Source: Eledone cirrhosa
Taxonomy: Eukaryota
Assembly (NCBI GenBank): GCA_964016885.1
Contig: OZ024756.1
Location: 43,214,001-43,278,000, forward strand
Length of the DNA: 64,000 nucleotides
Reading direction: 5' to 3'
The position numbers and the translations under genes were made by a program. Each line of letters begins with the position of its first letter. The first letter of the stretch is position 1. The notes under the pieces are model-generated. The model did not search any database. It worked only from the letters and a program-made list of their open reading frames with translations, and was not told where the DNA came from. Shown here piece by piece: positions 31,362 through 47,044 of the stretch.

Positions 31362-34300
31362 GACAGACATTGGACACACACTAGACAGACATTGGACACA
31401 CACTAGAGATAGACATTGGACACACACTAGAGACAGACATTGGTCACACACACTAGAGACAGACATTGGACACACACTAGAGACAGACATTGGTCACACA
31501 CACTAGAGACAGACATTGGACACACACTAGAGACAGACATTGGACACACACTAGAGACAGACATTGGTCACACGCACTAGAGACAGACATTGGACACACA
31601 CTAGAGACAGATATTGGACACACACTAGATACAGACATTGAACAATCACTAGAGACAGACATTGGACACACACACTAGAGACAGACATTGGACACACACT
31701 AGAGACAGACATTGGACACACACTAGATACAGACATTGGACACACACTAGAGACAGACATTGGACACACACTAGAGACAAACATTGGACACACACTAGAG
31801 ACAGACATTGGACACACACACTAGAGACAGACATTGGACACACACTAGAGACAGACATTGGACACACACTAGAGACAGACATTGGACACACACTAGAGAC
31901 AGACATTAGACACACACTAGAGACAGACATTGGACACACACTAGAGATAGACATTGGACACACACTAGAGACAGACATTGGACACACATTATAGACAGAC
32001 ATTGGAGACACACTAGAGACAGACATTGGACACACACTAGAGATAGACATTGGACACACACTAGATACAGACATTGGACACACACTAGAGACAGACATTG
32101 GACACACTAGAGACAGACATTGGACACACACTAGAGACAGACATTGGACACACACAGATACAGACATTGGTCACACACTAGAGACAGACATTAGACACAC
32201 ACTAGAGACAGACATTGGACACTCACTAGAGACAGACATTGGAGACACACTATAGACAGACATTGGATACACACTAGAGACAGACATTTGACACACACTA
32301 GAGACAGACATTAGACACACACTAGAGAAAGACATTAGACACACACTAGAGACAGACATTGGACACACACTAGAGACAGACATTGGACACACACTAGAGA
32401 CATATATTGGACACACACTAGATACAGACATTGGACACACACTAGAGACAGACATTGGACACACTAGAGACAGACATTGGACACACACTAGAGACAGACA
32501 TTGGACACACACAGAGACAGACATTGGTCACACACTAGAGACAGACATTAGACACACACTAGAGACAGGCATTGGACACTCACTAGAGACAGACATTGGA
32601 GACACACTATAGACAGATATTGGATACACACTAGAGACAGATATTGGACACACACTAGAGACAGACATTAGACACACACTAGAGAAAGACATTAGACACA
32701 CACTAGAGACAGACATTGGACACATACACTAGAGAGAGATATTGGACACACACTAGAGACAGACATTGGACACACACTAGAGACAGACATTGGACACACA
32801 CTAGAGACAGACATTGGACACACACTAGAGACAGACATTTGACACACACTAGAGACAGACATTAGACACACACTAGAGAAAGACATTAGACACACACTAG
32901 AGACAGACATTGGACACATACACTAAAGAGAGATATTGGACCCACACTAGAGACAGACATTGGACACACACAAGAGACAGACATTGGACACACACTAGAG
33001 ACAGACATTGGACACACACTAGAGACAGACATTTGACACACACTAGAGACAGATATTGGACACACACTAGAGACAGACATTGGACACACACTAGAGACAG
33101 ACATTGGATACACACTAGAGACAGACATTGGACACACACTAGAGAAAGACATTAGACAAACACTAGAGACAGACATTGGACACACACTAAAGACAGATAT
33201 TGGACACACACTAGAGACAGACGTTGGACACACACTAGAGTGGGACATTAGACACACACACTAGAGACAGACATTGGACACACACTAGAGAGAGACATTA
33301 GACACACACTAGAGAAAAACATTGGACACACACTAGAGACAGACATTGGACACACACACTAGAGACAGACATTGGACACACACTATAGACAGACATTGGA
33401 CACACACTAGAGACAGACATTGGACACACACTAGAGACAGACATTAGACACACACTAGAGACAGACATAGGACACACACTAGAGATAGACATTGGACACA
33501 CACTAGAGACAGACATTGGACACACATTATAGACAGACATTGGAGACACACTAGAGACAGACATTGGACAAACACTAGAGACAGACATTGGACACACACT
33601 AGATACAGACATTGGACACACTCTAGAGACAGACATTGGACACACTAGAGAGAGACATTGGACACACACTAGAGACAGACATTGGACACACACAGATACA
33701 GACATTGGTCACACACTAGAGACAGACATTAGACACACACTAGAGACAGACATTGGACACTCACTAGAGACAGACATTGGAGACACACTATAGACAGACA
33801 TTGGATACACACTAGAGACAGACATTTGACACACACTAGAGACAGACATTAGACACACACTAGAGAAAGACATTAGACACACACTAGAGACAGACATTGG
33901 ACACACACTAGAGACAGACATTGGACACACACTAGAGACAGACATTGGACACACACTAGATACAGACATTGGACACACACTAGAGACAGACATTGGACAC
34001 ACTAGAGACAGACATTGGACACACACTAGAGACAGACATTGGACACACACAGAGACAGACATTGGTCACACACTAGAGACAGACATTAGACACACACTAG
34101 AGACAGGCATTGGACACTCACTAGAGACAGACATTGGAGACACACTATAGACAGATATTGGATACACACTAGAGACAGACATTTGACACACACTAGAGAC
34201 AGACATTAGACACACACTAGAGAAAGACATTAGACACACACTAGAGACAGACATTGGACACATACACTAGAGGAAGATATTGGACACACACTAGAGACAG

Positions 34301-37300
34301 ACATTGGACACACACTAGAGACAGACATTGGACACACACTAGAGACAGACATTTGACACACACTAGAGACAGACATTAGACACACACTAGAGAAAGACAT
34401 TAGACACACACTAGAGACAGACATTGGACACATACACTATAGAGAGATATTGGACCCACACTAGAGACAGACATTGGACACACACAAGAGACAGACATTG
34501 GACACACACTAGAGACAGACATTGGACACACACTAGAGACAGACATTTGACACACACTAGAGACAGATATTGGACACACACTAGAGACAGACATTGGACA
34601 CACACTAGAGACAGACATTGGATACACACTAGAGACAGACATTGGACACACACTAGAGAAAGACATTAGACAAACACTAGAGACAGACATTGGACACACA
34701 CTAAAGACAGATATTGGACACACACTAGAGACAGACATTGGACACACACTAGAGTGGGACATTAGACACACACACTAGAGACAGACATTGGACACACACT
34801 AGAGAAAAACATTGGACACACACTAGAGACAGACATTGGACACACACTATAGACAGACATTGGACATACACTAGAGACAGACATTAAACACACGCACTAG
34901 AGACAGAAAATGGACACACACTAGAGACAGACATTGGACACACACTAGAGAGAGAGATTGGACACTCACTAGAGACAGACATTGGACACAAACACTAGAG
35001 ACAGACATTGGACACACACACTAGAGAGAGACATTGGTCACACACTAGAGACAGACATTGGACACACACACTAGGGAGAGACATTGGACACACACACTAG
35101 AGAGAGACATTGGACACACACATTAGAGACAGACATTGGACACACACTAGAGACAGACATTGGACACACACTAGAGACAGACATTGGACACACACTAGAG
35201 ACAGACAATGGACACACACTAGAGACAGACATTGGACACACACTAGAGACAGACATTAGACACACAGTAAAGACAGACATTGGACACACAGTAGAGACAG
35301 ACATTGGACACACACTAGAGACAGACATTGGACACACACTAGAGACAGACATTGGACACACACTAGAGACAGACATTGGACACACACTAGAGACAGACAT
35401 TGGACACACACTAGAGACAGACATTGGACACACACTAGAGACAGACATTAGACACACAGTAAAGACAGACATTGGACACACAGTAGAGACAGACATTGGA
35501 CACACACTAGAGACAGACATTGGACACACACTAGAAACAGACATTGGACACACACTAAAGACAGACATTGAACACACACACTAGAGAGAGACATTGGAGA
35601 CACACTAGAAACAGACATTGGACACACACACTAGAGACAGACATTGGACACACACTAGAGACAGACATTGGACACACACTAGAGACAGACATTAGACACA
35701 CAGTAGAGACAGACATTGGACACACACTAGAGACAGACATTGGACACACTAGAGACAGACATTGGACACACTAGAGACAGACATTGGACACACACTAGAG
35801 ACAGACATTGGACACACACACTAGAGAGAGACATTGGACACACACTAGAGACAGACATTGGACACACACACTAGAGAGAGACATTGGACACACACTAGAG
35901 ACAGACATTGGACACACACTAGAGACATATATTGGACACACACTAGAGACAGACATTGGACACACACTAGAGACAGACATTGGACAAACACACTAAAGAC
36001 AGACATTGGACACACTAGAGACAGACATTGGCCATACACTAGTGAGAGACATTGGACACACACTAGAGACAGACATTAGACACACACTAGAGACAGACTT
36101 TGGACACAATAAAGTCAGACATTGGACACACATACCAGACAGACATTGGACACACACTAGAGACAGACATTGGACACACATTAGAGACAGACATTGGACA
36201 CACTAGAGACAGATATTGGACACACTAGAGACAGACATTGGACACACACTAGAGAGGGACATTAGACACACACACTAGAGACAGACGTTTGACACACACT
36301 AGAGACAGACATTGGACACACACTAGAGACAGACTTTGGACACACACTAGAGACAGACATTGGAAAGACACTAGAGACAGACATTGGACACACACTAGAG
36401 ACAGACGTTGGACAAACACACTAGACAGACATTGGACACACACTAGAGACATACATTGGACACACACTAGAGACAGACATTGGACACACACTAGAGACAG
36501 ACATTGGACACACACTAGAGACAGACATTAGACACCCACTAGAGACAGACATTGGACACACACTAGAGACAGAGATTGGATACACACTAAAGACAGACAT
36601 TTGACACACACTAGAGACAGACATTGGACACACACTAGAGACAGACATTGGACACACACTAGAGACAGACATTGGACACACACGAGAGACAGACATTGGA
36701 CACACACACTAGAGACAGACATTGGGCACACACTAGAGAGAGACATTGGACACACACTCGAGACAGACATTGGACACACACACTAGAGACAGACATTGGA
36801 CACACACACTAGAGATAGACATTGGACACACACTACAGACAGACATTGCACACACACACTAGATACAGACATTGGACACACACTAGAGACAGATATTGGA
36901 CACACACTAGAGAGAGACATTGGACACACACTAGAGACAGACATTGGACACACACACTAGAGACAGACATTGGACACACACACTAGAGACAGACATTGGA
37001 CACACACACTAGAGAGAGACATTGGACACTCACTAGAGACAGACATTGGACACACACACTAGAGACAGGCATTGGACACACACTAGAGACACACATTGGA
37101 CACACACTAGAGACAGACATTGGACACACAGAGTAGAGACAGACATTGGACACACACACTAGAGAGAGACATTGGACACTCACTAGAGACAGACATTGGA
37201 CACACACACTAGAGACAGACATTGGACACACACACTAGAGATAGACATTGGACACACACTAGAGACTGACATTGGACACACACTAGAGACAGACATTGAA

Positions 37301-40300
37301 CACACACTAGAGACAGAAATTGGACACACACTAGAGACAGACATTGGACACACACGAGAGACAGACATTGGACACACACGAGAGACAGACATTGGACACT
37401 CCCTAGAGACAGACATTGGACACACACTAGAGACAGACATTAGACACACAGTAGAGACAGACATTAGACACACACTAGAGACAGACATTGGACACACACC
37501 AGAGACAGACATTGGACACACACTAGAGACAGACATTGGACACACACTAGAGACAGACATTGGGCACACACTAGAGACAGACATTGGACACACACACTAG
37601 AGAGAGACATTGGACACACACTAGAGACAGACATTAGACACACACTAGAGACAGACATTGGACACACACAGAGACAGAAAATGGACACACACTAGAGACA
37701 GACATTGGACACACACTAGAGACAGACATTGGACACACACTAGAGACAGACATTGGACACACACTAGAGACAGACATTGGACACACACTAGAGACAGACA
37801 TTAGACACACAGTAAAGACAGACATTGGACACACAGTAGAGACAGACATTGGACACACACTAGAGACAGACATTGGACACACACTAGAAACAGACATTGG
37901 ACACACACTAAAGACAGACATTGAACACACACACTAGAGAGAGACATTGGAGACACACTAGAGACAGACATTGGACACACACACTAGAGACAGACATTGG
38001 ACACACACTAGAGACAGACATTGGACACACACTAGAGACAGACATTAGACACACAGTAGAGACAGACATTGGACACACACTAGAGACAGACATTGGACAC
38101 ACTAGAGACAGACATTGGACACACTAGAGACAGACATTGGACACACACTAGAGACAGACATTGGACACACACACTAGAGAGAGACATTGGACACACACTA
38201 GAGACAGACATTGGACACACACACTAGAGACAGACATTGGACACACACTAGAGACAGTCATTGGACACACACTAGAGACAGACATTGGACACACACTAGA
38301 GACAGACATTGGACACACACACTAGAGACAGACATTGGCCACACACTAGAGACAGACATTGGACACACACTAGAGGCAGACATTGGACATACACTAGAGA
38401 CAGACATTAAACACACACACTAGAGACAGAAAATGGACACACACTAGAGACAGACATTGGACACACACTAGAGAGAGACATTGGACACTCACTAGAGACA
38501 GACATTGGACACAAACAATAGAGACAGACATTGGACACACACACTAGAGAGAGACATTGGACACACACACTAGAGAGAGACATTGGACACACACACTAGA
38601 GAGAGACATTGGACACACACACTAGAGACAGACATTGGACACACACACTAGAGATAGACATTGGACACACACTAGAGACTGACATTGGACACACACTAGA
38701 GACAGACATTGAACACACACTAGAGACAGAAATTGGACACACACTAGAGACAGACATTGGACACACACTAGAGACAGACATTGGACACACACACTAGAGA
38801 CAGACATTGGACACACACACTAGAGACAGACATTGGACACACACACTAGAGAGAGACATTGGACACTCACTAGAGACAGACATTGGACACACACACTAGA
38901 GACAGGCATTGGACACACACTAGAGACACACATTGGACACACACTAGAGACAGACATTGGACACACAGAGTAGAGACAGACATTGGACACACACACTAGA
39001 GAGAGACATTGGACACTCACTAGAGACAGACATTGGACACACACACTAGAGACAGACATTGGACACACACACTAGAGATAGACATTGGACACACACTAGA
39101 GACTGACATTGGACACACACTAGAGACAGACATTGAACACACACTAGAGACAGAAATTGGACACACACTAGAGACAGACATTGGACACACACGAGAGACA
39201 GACATTGGACACACACGAGAGACAGACATTGGACACTCCCTAGAGACAGACATTGGACACACACTAGAGACAGACATTAGACACACAGTAGAGACAGACA
39301 TTAGACACACACTAGAGACAGACATTGGACACACACCAGAGACAGACATTGGACACACACTAGAGACAGACATTGGACACACACTAGAGACAGACATTGG
39401 GCACACACTAGAGACAGACATTGGACACACACACTAGAGAGAGACATTGGACACACACTAGAGACAGACATTAGACACACACTAGAGACAGACATTGGAC
39501 ACACACAGAGACAGAAAATGGACACACACTAGAGACAGACATTGGACACACACTAGAGACAGACATTGGACACACACTAGAGACAGACATTGGACACACA
39601 CTAGAGACAGACATTGGACACACACTAGAGACAGACATTAGACACACAGTAAAGACAGACATTGGACACACAGTAGAGACAGACATTGGACACACACTAG
39701 AGACAGACATTGGACACACACTAGAAACAGACATTGGACACACACTAAAGACAGACATTGAACACACACACTAGAGAGAGACATTGGAGACACACTAGAG
39801 ACAGACATTGGACACACACACTAGAGACAGACATTGGACACACACTAGAGACAGACATTGGACACACACTAGAGACAGACATTAGACACACAGTAGAGAC
39901 AGACATTGGACACACACTAGAGACAGACATTGGACACACTAGAGACAGACATTGGACACACTAGAGACAGACATTGGACACACACTAGAGACAGACATTG
40001 GACACACACACTAGAGAGAGACATTGGACACACACTAGAGACAGACATTGGACACACACACTAGAGACAGACATTGGACACACACTAGAGACAGTCATTG
40101 GACACACACTAGAGACAGACATTGGACACACACTAGAGACAGACATTGGACACACACACTAGAGACAGACATTGGCCACACACTAGAGACAGACATTGGA
40201 CACACACTAGAGGCAGACATTGGACATACACTAGAGACAGACATTAAACACACACACTAGAGACAGAAAATGGACACACACTAGAGACAGACATTGGACA

Positions 40301-43300
40301 CACACTAGAGAGAGACATTGGACACTCACTAGAGACAGACATTGGACACAAACAATAGAGACAGACATTGGACACACACACTAGAGAGAGACATTGGACA
40401 CACACACTAGAGAGAGACATTGGACACACACACTAGAGAGAGACATTGGACACACACACTAGAGACAGACATTGGACACACACTAGAGACAGACATTGGA
40501 CACACACTAAAGACAGACATTGAACACACACACTAGAGAGAGACATTGGAGACACACTAGAGACAGACATTGGACACACACACTAGAGACAGACATTGGA
40601 CACACACTAGAGACAGACATTGGACACACACTAGAGACAGACATTAGACACACAGTAGAGACAGACATTGGACACACACTAGAGACAGACATTGGACACA
40701 CTAGAGACAGACATTGGACACACTAGAGACAGACATTGGACACACACTAGAGACAGACATTGGACACACACACTAGAGAGAGACATTGGACACACACTAG
40801 AGACAGACATTGGACACACACACTAGAGACAGACATTGGACACACACTAGAGACAGACATTGGACACACACTAGAGACAGACATTGGACACACACTAGAG
40901 ACAGACATTGGACACACACACTAGAGACAGACATTGGGCACACACTAGAGACAGACATTGGACACACACTAGAGGCAGACATTGGACATACACTAGAGAC
41001 AGACATTAAACACACACACTAGAGACAGAAAATGGACACACACTAGAGACAGACATTGGACACACACTAGAGAGAGACATTGGACACTCACTAGAGACAG
41101 ACATTGGACACAAACAATAGAGACAGACATTGGACACACACACTAGAGAGAGACATTGGACACACACTAGAGACAGACATTGGACACACACACTAGAGAG
41201 AGACATTGGACACACACACTAGAGAGAGACATTGGACACACACACTAGAGACAGACATTGGACACACACTAGAGACAGACATTGGACACACACTAGAGAC
41301 AGACAATGGACACACACTAGAGACAGACATTGGACACACACTAGAGACAGACATTGGACAAACACTAGAGACAGACATTAAACACACAGTAGAGACAGAC
41401 ATTGGACACACACACTAGAGAGAGACATTGGACACACACTAGAGACAGACATTCCACACACACACTAGAGAGATACATTGGACACACACTAGTGACAGAC
41501 ATTTGACACACACACTAGAGACAGACATTGGAGACATACTAGACAGACATTGGACACACACTATACACAGACATTGGACACACACTAGAGAGGGACATTA
41601 GACACACACACTAGAGACAGACTTTTGACACACACTAGAGACAGACATTGGACACACACACTAGAGACAGACATTGGGCACACACTAGAGACAGACATTG
41701 GACACACACTAGAGACAGACATTGGACAGACACTAGAGACAGACATTGGACACACACTAGAGACAGACATTGGACACACACACTAGACAGACATTGGACA
41801 CACACTAGAGACAGATATTGGACACACACTAGAGACAGACATTGGACACACACTAGAGACAGACATTGAACACACACTAGAGACAGACATTAGACACACA
41901 CACTAGACAGACATTGGGCACACACTAGAGACAGATATTGGACACACACTAGAGACAGACATTGGACACACACTAGAGACAGACATTGGACAGACACTAG
42001 AGACAGACATTGGACACACACTAGAGACAGACATTGGACACATACACTAGACAGACATTGGACACACACTAGAGACAGATATTGGACACACACTAGAGAC
42101 AGACATTGGACAGACACTAGAGACAGACATTGGACACACACTAGAGACAGACATTGGACACACACACTAGAGACATATATTGGACACACACTAGAGGCAG
42201 ACATTGGGCACACACTAGAGACAGACATTGGGCACACACTAGAGACAGACATTGGACAAACACACTAGAGACAGACATTGGACACACTAGAGACAGACAT
42301 TGGACATACACTAGTGAGAGACATTGGACACACACTAGAGACAGACATTAGAGACAGACATTGGACACTCACTCGAGACAGACATTGGACACACACACTA
42401 GAGACAGACATTAGACACACACACTAGAGAGAGACATTGGACACACACTAGAGACAGACATTGCACACACACACTAGATACAGACATTGGACACACACTA
42501 GAGACAGATATTGGACACACACTAGAGAGAGACATTGGACACACACTAGAGACAGACATTGGACACACACACTAGAGACAGACATTGGACACACACACCA
42601 GAGAGAGACATTGGACACTCACTAGAGACAGACATTGGACACACACACTAGAGACAGACATTGGACACACACACTAGAGACAGACATTGGACACACACAC
42701 TAGAGAGACATTGGACACTCACTAGAGACAGACATTGGACACACACACTAGAGACAGACCTTGGACACACACTAGAGACAGACATTGGAAACACACACTA
42801 GAGAGAGACATTGGACACTCATTAGAGACAGACATTGGACACACACACTAGAGACAGACATTGGACACACACTAGAGACAGACATTGGACACACACACTA
42901 GAGACAGACATTGGACACACACTAGAGACAGACATTGGACACACACTAGATACAGACATTGGACACACACTAGAGACAGACATTGGACACACACTAGAGA
43001 CAGACATTGGACACACACACTAGAGACAGACATTGGAAACACACACTAGAGAGAGACATTGGACACTCATTAGAGACAGACATTGGACACACACACTAGA
43101 GACAGACATTGGACACACACTAGAGACAGACATTGGACACACACTAGATACAGACATTGGACACACACTAGAGACAGACATTGAACACACACTAGAGACA
43201 GACATTGGACACACACTAGAGACAGACATTGGACACACACACTAGAGAGAGACATTGGACACTCACTAGAGACAGACATTGGACACACATTAGAGACAGA

Positions 43301-43584
43301 CATTAGACACACACTAGAGACAGACATTGGATGCGTACTAGAGACAGACATTGGGCACACACTAGAAACAGACATTGGACACACACTAGAGACAGACATT
43401 GGACACACACGAGAGACAGACATTGGACACTCACTAGAGACAGACATTGGAGACACACACTAGAGACAGTCATTGGACACACACTAGAAACAGACATTGG
43501 ACACACACTAGAGACAGACATTGGACACACTAGAGACAAACATTGGACACACTAGAGACAGACATTGGACACACACACTAGAGA
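31362..43584. repeat. 24-bp satellite array 2 (~12.2 kb, complete), inside the V-to-C intron of gene 2
   Basis: Same monomer and orientation as array 1. Internal duplications offset by 1538 (32171 vs 33709), 1837 (36983 vs 38820) and 762 bp (39745 vs 40507). Confidence 0.99.
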
Positions 43585-44445
43585 GAAAGATAACACTGAC
43601 ACAAAGACTCACACACACACTATAGAGAAACATTGCATTACACACACACTAGAGAGAGATATTGGACACACACACTAGAGAGAGACGTTACATACACACA
43701 CTATAGAGAAACATTACACTACACACACACTAGAGAGAGATATTGGACACACACACACACACTATAGTGAAACATTACATTACACATACATACTATAGAG
43801 GAACATTACGCACATAAACACGCGAAACTTTACATTTTATATACACACTATAGTGAAATGATACACACACACTTTATAGAGAAAGATACACACAAAGACA
43901 GAGGAAACATTACATTACGCAGACACATACACACATATATACATACATACACACATATACAAACAGTCATACATACACATACAGACAGATATACATACAT
44001 ACACACACATACAAAAAGTCATACATACACATACACATATATACATACATACACACATATACAAACAGTCATACATACACATACACACAGATATAATCAT
44101 ACATACACACACATAAAAACATCATACATACACATACACACACATACAGTCATACATACACATACACACATATATACATACATACACATACAAACAGTCA
44201 TACACACACATACACACAGATATACATACATACACATACAAACAGTCATACATACACATACACACAGAAATACATACATACACATACAAACAGTCATACA
44301 TACACATACAAACAGTTATACATATATACACACACATACAAACAGTCATACATACACATACACACATATATACATACATACACACACATGCAAACAGTCG
44401 CACATACACACATACATACATGTGCACACACATATATATATATAA
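43585..44445. repeat. Degenerate satellite edge plus CA/CATA minisatellite (paralog of 26824-27690)
   Basis: Colinear and near-identical to 26824-27690. Confidence 0.9.
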
Positions 44446-44532
44446 TATAGATAACATTAAAAACAATAAGTATTTCTAACTGAAATGAAACAACAAAAGT
44501 GATGACTAATGAGAAAATGGAATAAAACTTAC

Positions 44533-44898
44533 TTTTTACAGACTTTGGTGGGGATATTTCGTTATTTGTGGCACATTGAAAATTTGTTGCATCTTCGCAA
44601 TTAGGGTTATTTTTCCAGCACTGATACTCTCCATTCCATCCCTTATTTGCTGGTATTTTACAGTCAAAACCAGGTGTAACTACTCCTCTCTGAAATCCAC
44701 CTGTAGCTTTGTTGTAATTCAATTGTAAAACCTGAGTTCCATTTCGTAGGAGTCTCAAGACAGTTACCACATTTAAGTCACCAGTTAGCTTACATGTTAT
44801 ATTTATTCTAGCTGATGATCCAACTTCAAATTCAGGTGTTATATTTATTCTAGCTGATGATCCATCTTCAAATTCAGGTGTTATATTTAGTGATACCC
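44533..44898 (-). CDS. Gene 2 exon 2: V-like immunoglobulin domain (copy A'), 366 bp, phase 1-1, with an in-frame 42-bp tandem duplication
   Basis: Acceptor cttccatattttatataTAG at 44901-44899 and donor GTAAGT at 44532-44527. Reads GVSLNITPEFEDGSSARINITPEFEVGSSARINITCKLTGDL...CEDATNFQCATNNEISPPKSVK. Confidence 0.85.
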
Positions 44899-45886
44899 CT
44901 ATATATAAAATATGGAAGAGCAGAAAATGATTAGACAAAGATTTATTTAAAAAATAACATATATAATGGCAGGTAGAGAACAACTAAGACGGAGAAGAAA
45001 TCAATAATAGAAAAAGAAGAGAAAATACAGTTGTGAATGATAAAATAAGGAGAAGTTGTGAATGATAAAACTGAAGATGAAAAAGAAGAGGAGGAAGAAA
45101 AAAAAAGAAAAGAAAAATGAAGAAAAAAGGTGAAGAAGAAGAAAGACAAAGAAGAAGAATCATGTAGACTGATGGAGAGAAACATGGAGTATGAGGTGGT
45201 GTGTGTGTGACAGTAAAATGTGTATCTCCTTTGTTAGATTGGTTTCCCCATTAGAGGTAAGTCGGTTCAGGTGACCATGCCTTTCTCATATAGAACTATT
45301 TCTGGCTAGGTTTCTACAGCTGGATGCCCTTCATATTTGTAGTGTGGTGGGTACTTTTTGTTGTGACACCTACATGACCACTGTAGTTATATATACAACG
45401 TTGACTGGTAACTCTGAAGATATGTGCTAACATTTATTGCATTTACAGAAAGTTTTTAATGATTTATGTTGGCAATTGAAGAGTCAATCATGCTAGGAAT
45501 TTTGTAGGCCCTTTCCAGTTACTTTGGGGCCACGCTGTATATTGGAAATTGGAAATGTTCAAACCTTTTAAAAGTTTCTTTCGTTCTGTGTGATCTGTAG
45601 AATTGACGTGACTTATTAGCGTCTAAGGAAATCCGGGGGAAAAAACCCCTACAGAAAAATCCAGAGAGTCAGAAAAAAGGACAATCAGGCAGATATGTAG
45701 AGTTATAGTTGACTAATATCTGACATCCCTTGGGACCGGGGGTGTAACTAGGTAAAATAGCATTTATGGCAAGCAATGAAATTCTGCCAAAACAACTGAC
45801 ACCCATCTTTCTTTTAGATAACCATGAAATCAGCTCAAAAATACGAATCACGCCGTTGTGAAATAACTATATATATATATATATGT

Positions 45887-46030
45887 ATAATTGCTTCTAC
45901 TTTTGGCACAAGGCCAGCAATTATCACAGTGTATTACTGGTACTTTATTTTATCGACCCCGTAAGGATGAAAGGCAAAGTTAACCTCGGCGGGATTTGAA
46001 CTCAGTCCATAAAGGGACGTAACTGTGCTA
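45887..46030 (-). mobile_element. tRNA-derived SINE, 5'-truncated
   Basis: Reverse complement of the family at 47887 and 53920 (GAGTTCAAATCCCGCCGAGGTTAACTTTGCCTTTCATCCTTACGGGGTCGATAAAATAAAGTACCAG). Confidence 0.85.
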
Positions 46031-46049
46031 ATGGTTTCTAATTGGATAT

Positions 46050-46215
46050 AGAGTGTATAAGAGAAGACTGTGTTGGTATGAACATGTGATGTCTATGGAA
46101 GGTAACAACAGAGAATCTATTGGAAGAGGTAGATCTAAGGAAACATGGCAGGAAGTAGTGAAGACTGACCTTCAAAAGACACGACTGAAGGGAGTAGCCA
46201 TATGCTGTACTGAAG
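46050..46215 (+). mobile_element. RTE LINE 3'-end fragment
   Basis: RRLCWYEHVMSM...GRGRSKETWQEVVKTDL resembles the RTE C-terminal RRLRWxGHVxRM...GRPxxTW motif. Confidence 0.7.
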
Positions 46216-46339
46216 ACCTTCCTAATACTTTTTAATGAGCAGAAGAGGTGTAGCCATTATCTTCAGACTGAAGACTTGTCACAAACACATACAAACTGAC
46301 TGACATTTATAACACACTACATTCTTAAATTCAAGCGTC

Positions 46340-46493
46340 AGACATCATGCTTTGCAACATAGAGATATGACCCTTTATGTTCAAATACCGCCGAGGTTGG
46401 CTTTGCATTTCATCCTTACGGGGTCGATAAAATAAGGTACCAGTAATGCACTGGGATAATTGCTGGCCTTGTGCCAAAAGTAAAAGCAATTAT
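46340..46493 (+). mobile_element. tRNA-derived SINE, inverted relative to 45887-46030
   Basis: Same family core and tail (GCTGGCCTTGTGCCAAAAGTAAAAGCAATTAT). Confidence 0.85.
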
Positions 46494-46705
46494 TACTATT
46501 GATCTCAAACAGGTATTAATATACAAAGTTAGAAGACTAACAAGGGACGGAACTGTAACTGATGAAAGCTGAACCATGTATATTTGGCTGGTAGGGCTAA
46601 TGTCTTACCTGGGCATATATTGAGGGGGAGGGATGAGGGGGGAGAGAGAGGTAGAGATGAGGGGGAGAGAGAGGAAAAAAGGAAAATAAAAGGGGGAAAC
46701 AGAGT

Positions 46706-46930
46706 TATAATCGTTTCTGATTAAGGAACAAAGCCAGCAATTTTAGGGGTGAGGAAAATTTAATTAAATCGACCATAGGGCGTGACTGATACTTTATTTT
46801 ATCGACCCTGTAAGGAGGAAAGGCAAAGCTAACCACGGCTGGATTTGAACTGAAAATGTAAAGGGTTATAACTCTATGTCGCGAAGTAGCGTGCCCGTCA
46901 CTCTACCGATTATCGCTACTCCACTACCTG
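46706..46930 (-). mobile_element. tRNA-derived SINE, older or diverged subfamily
   Basis: Core TACTTTATTTTATCGACCCTGTAAGGAGGAAAGGCAAAG...GGATTTGAAC plus a tRNA-like head. Confidence 0.75.
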
Positions 46931-47044
46931 CGTGTAAGAGAGGAGGAAAGTGTATATAACAGAGAGAGAGAGAGAGATGCGGAGTGTGTAAAAGACAGAG
47001 AGAGCAACATGGGGAAAATTAAATTGTCTTTTGTCTTAACTTAC

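Noticed and set aside
31362-43584. Telomeric or centromeric identity of the satellite
   Set aside because: No TTAGGG-type units, and the arrays are modest in size and sit at a fixed intron position. Centromere function cannot be inferred from sequence alone.
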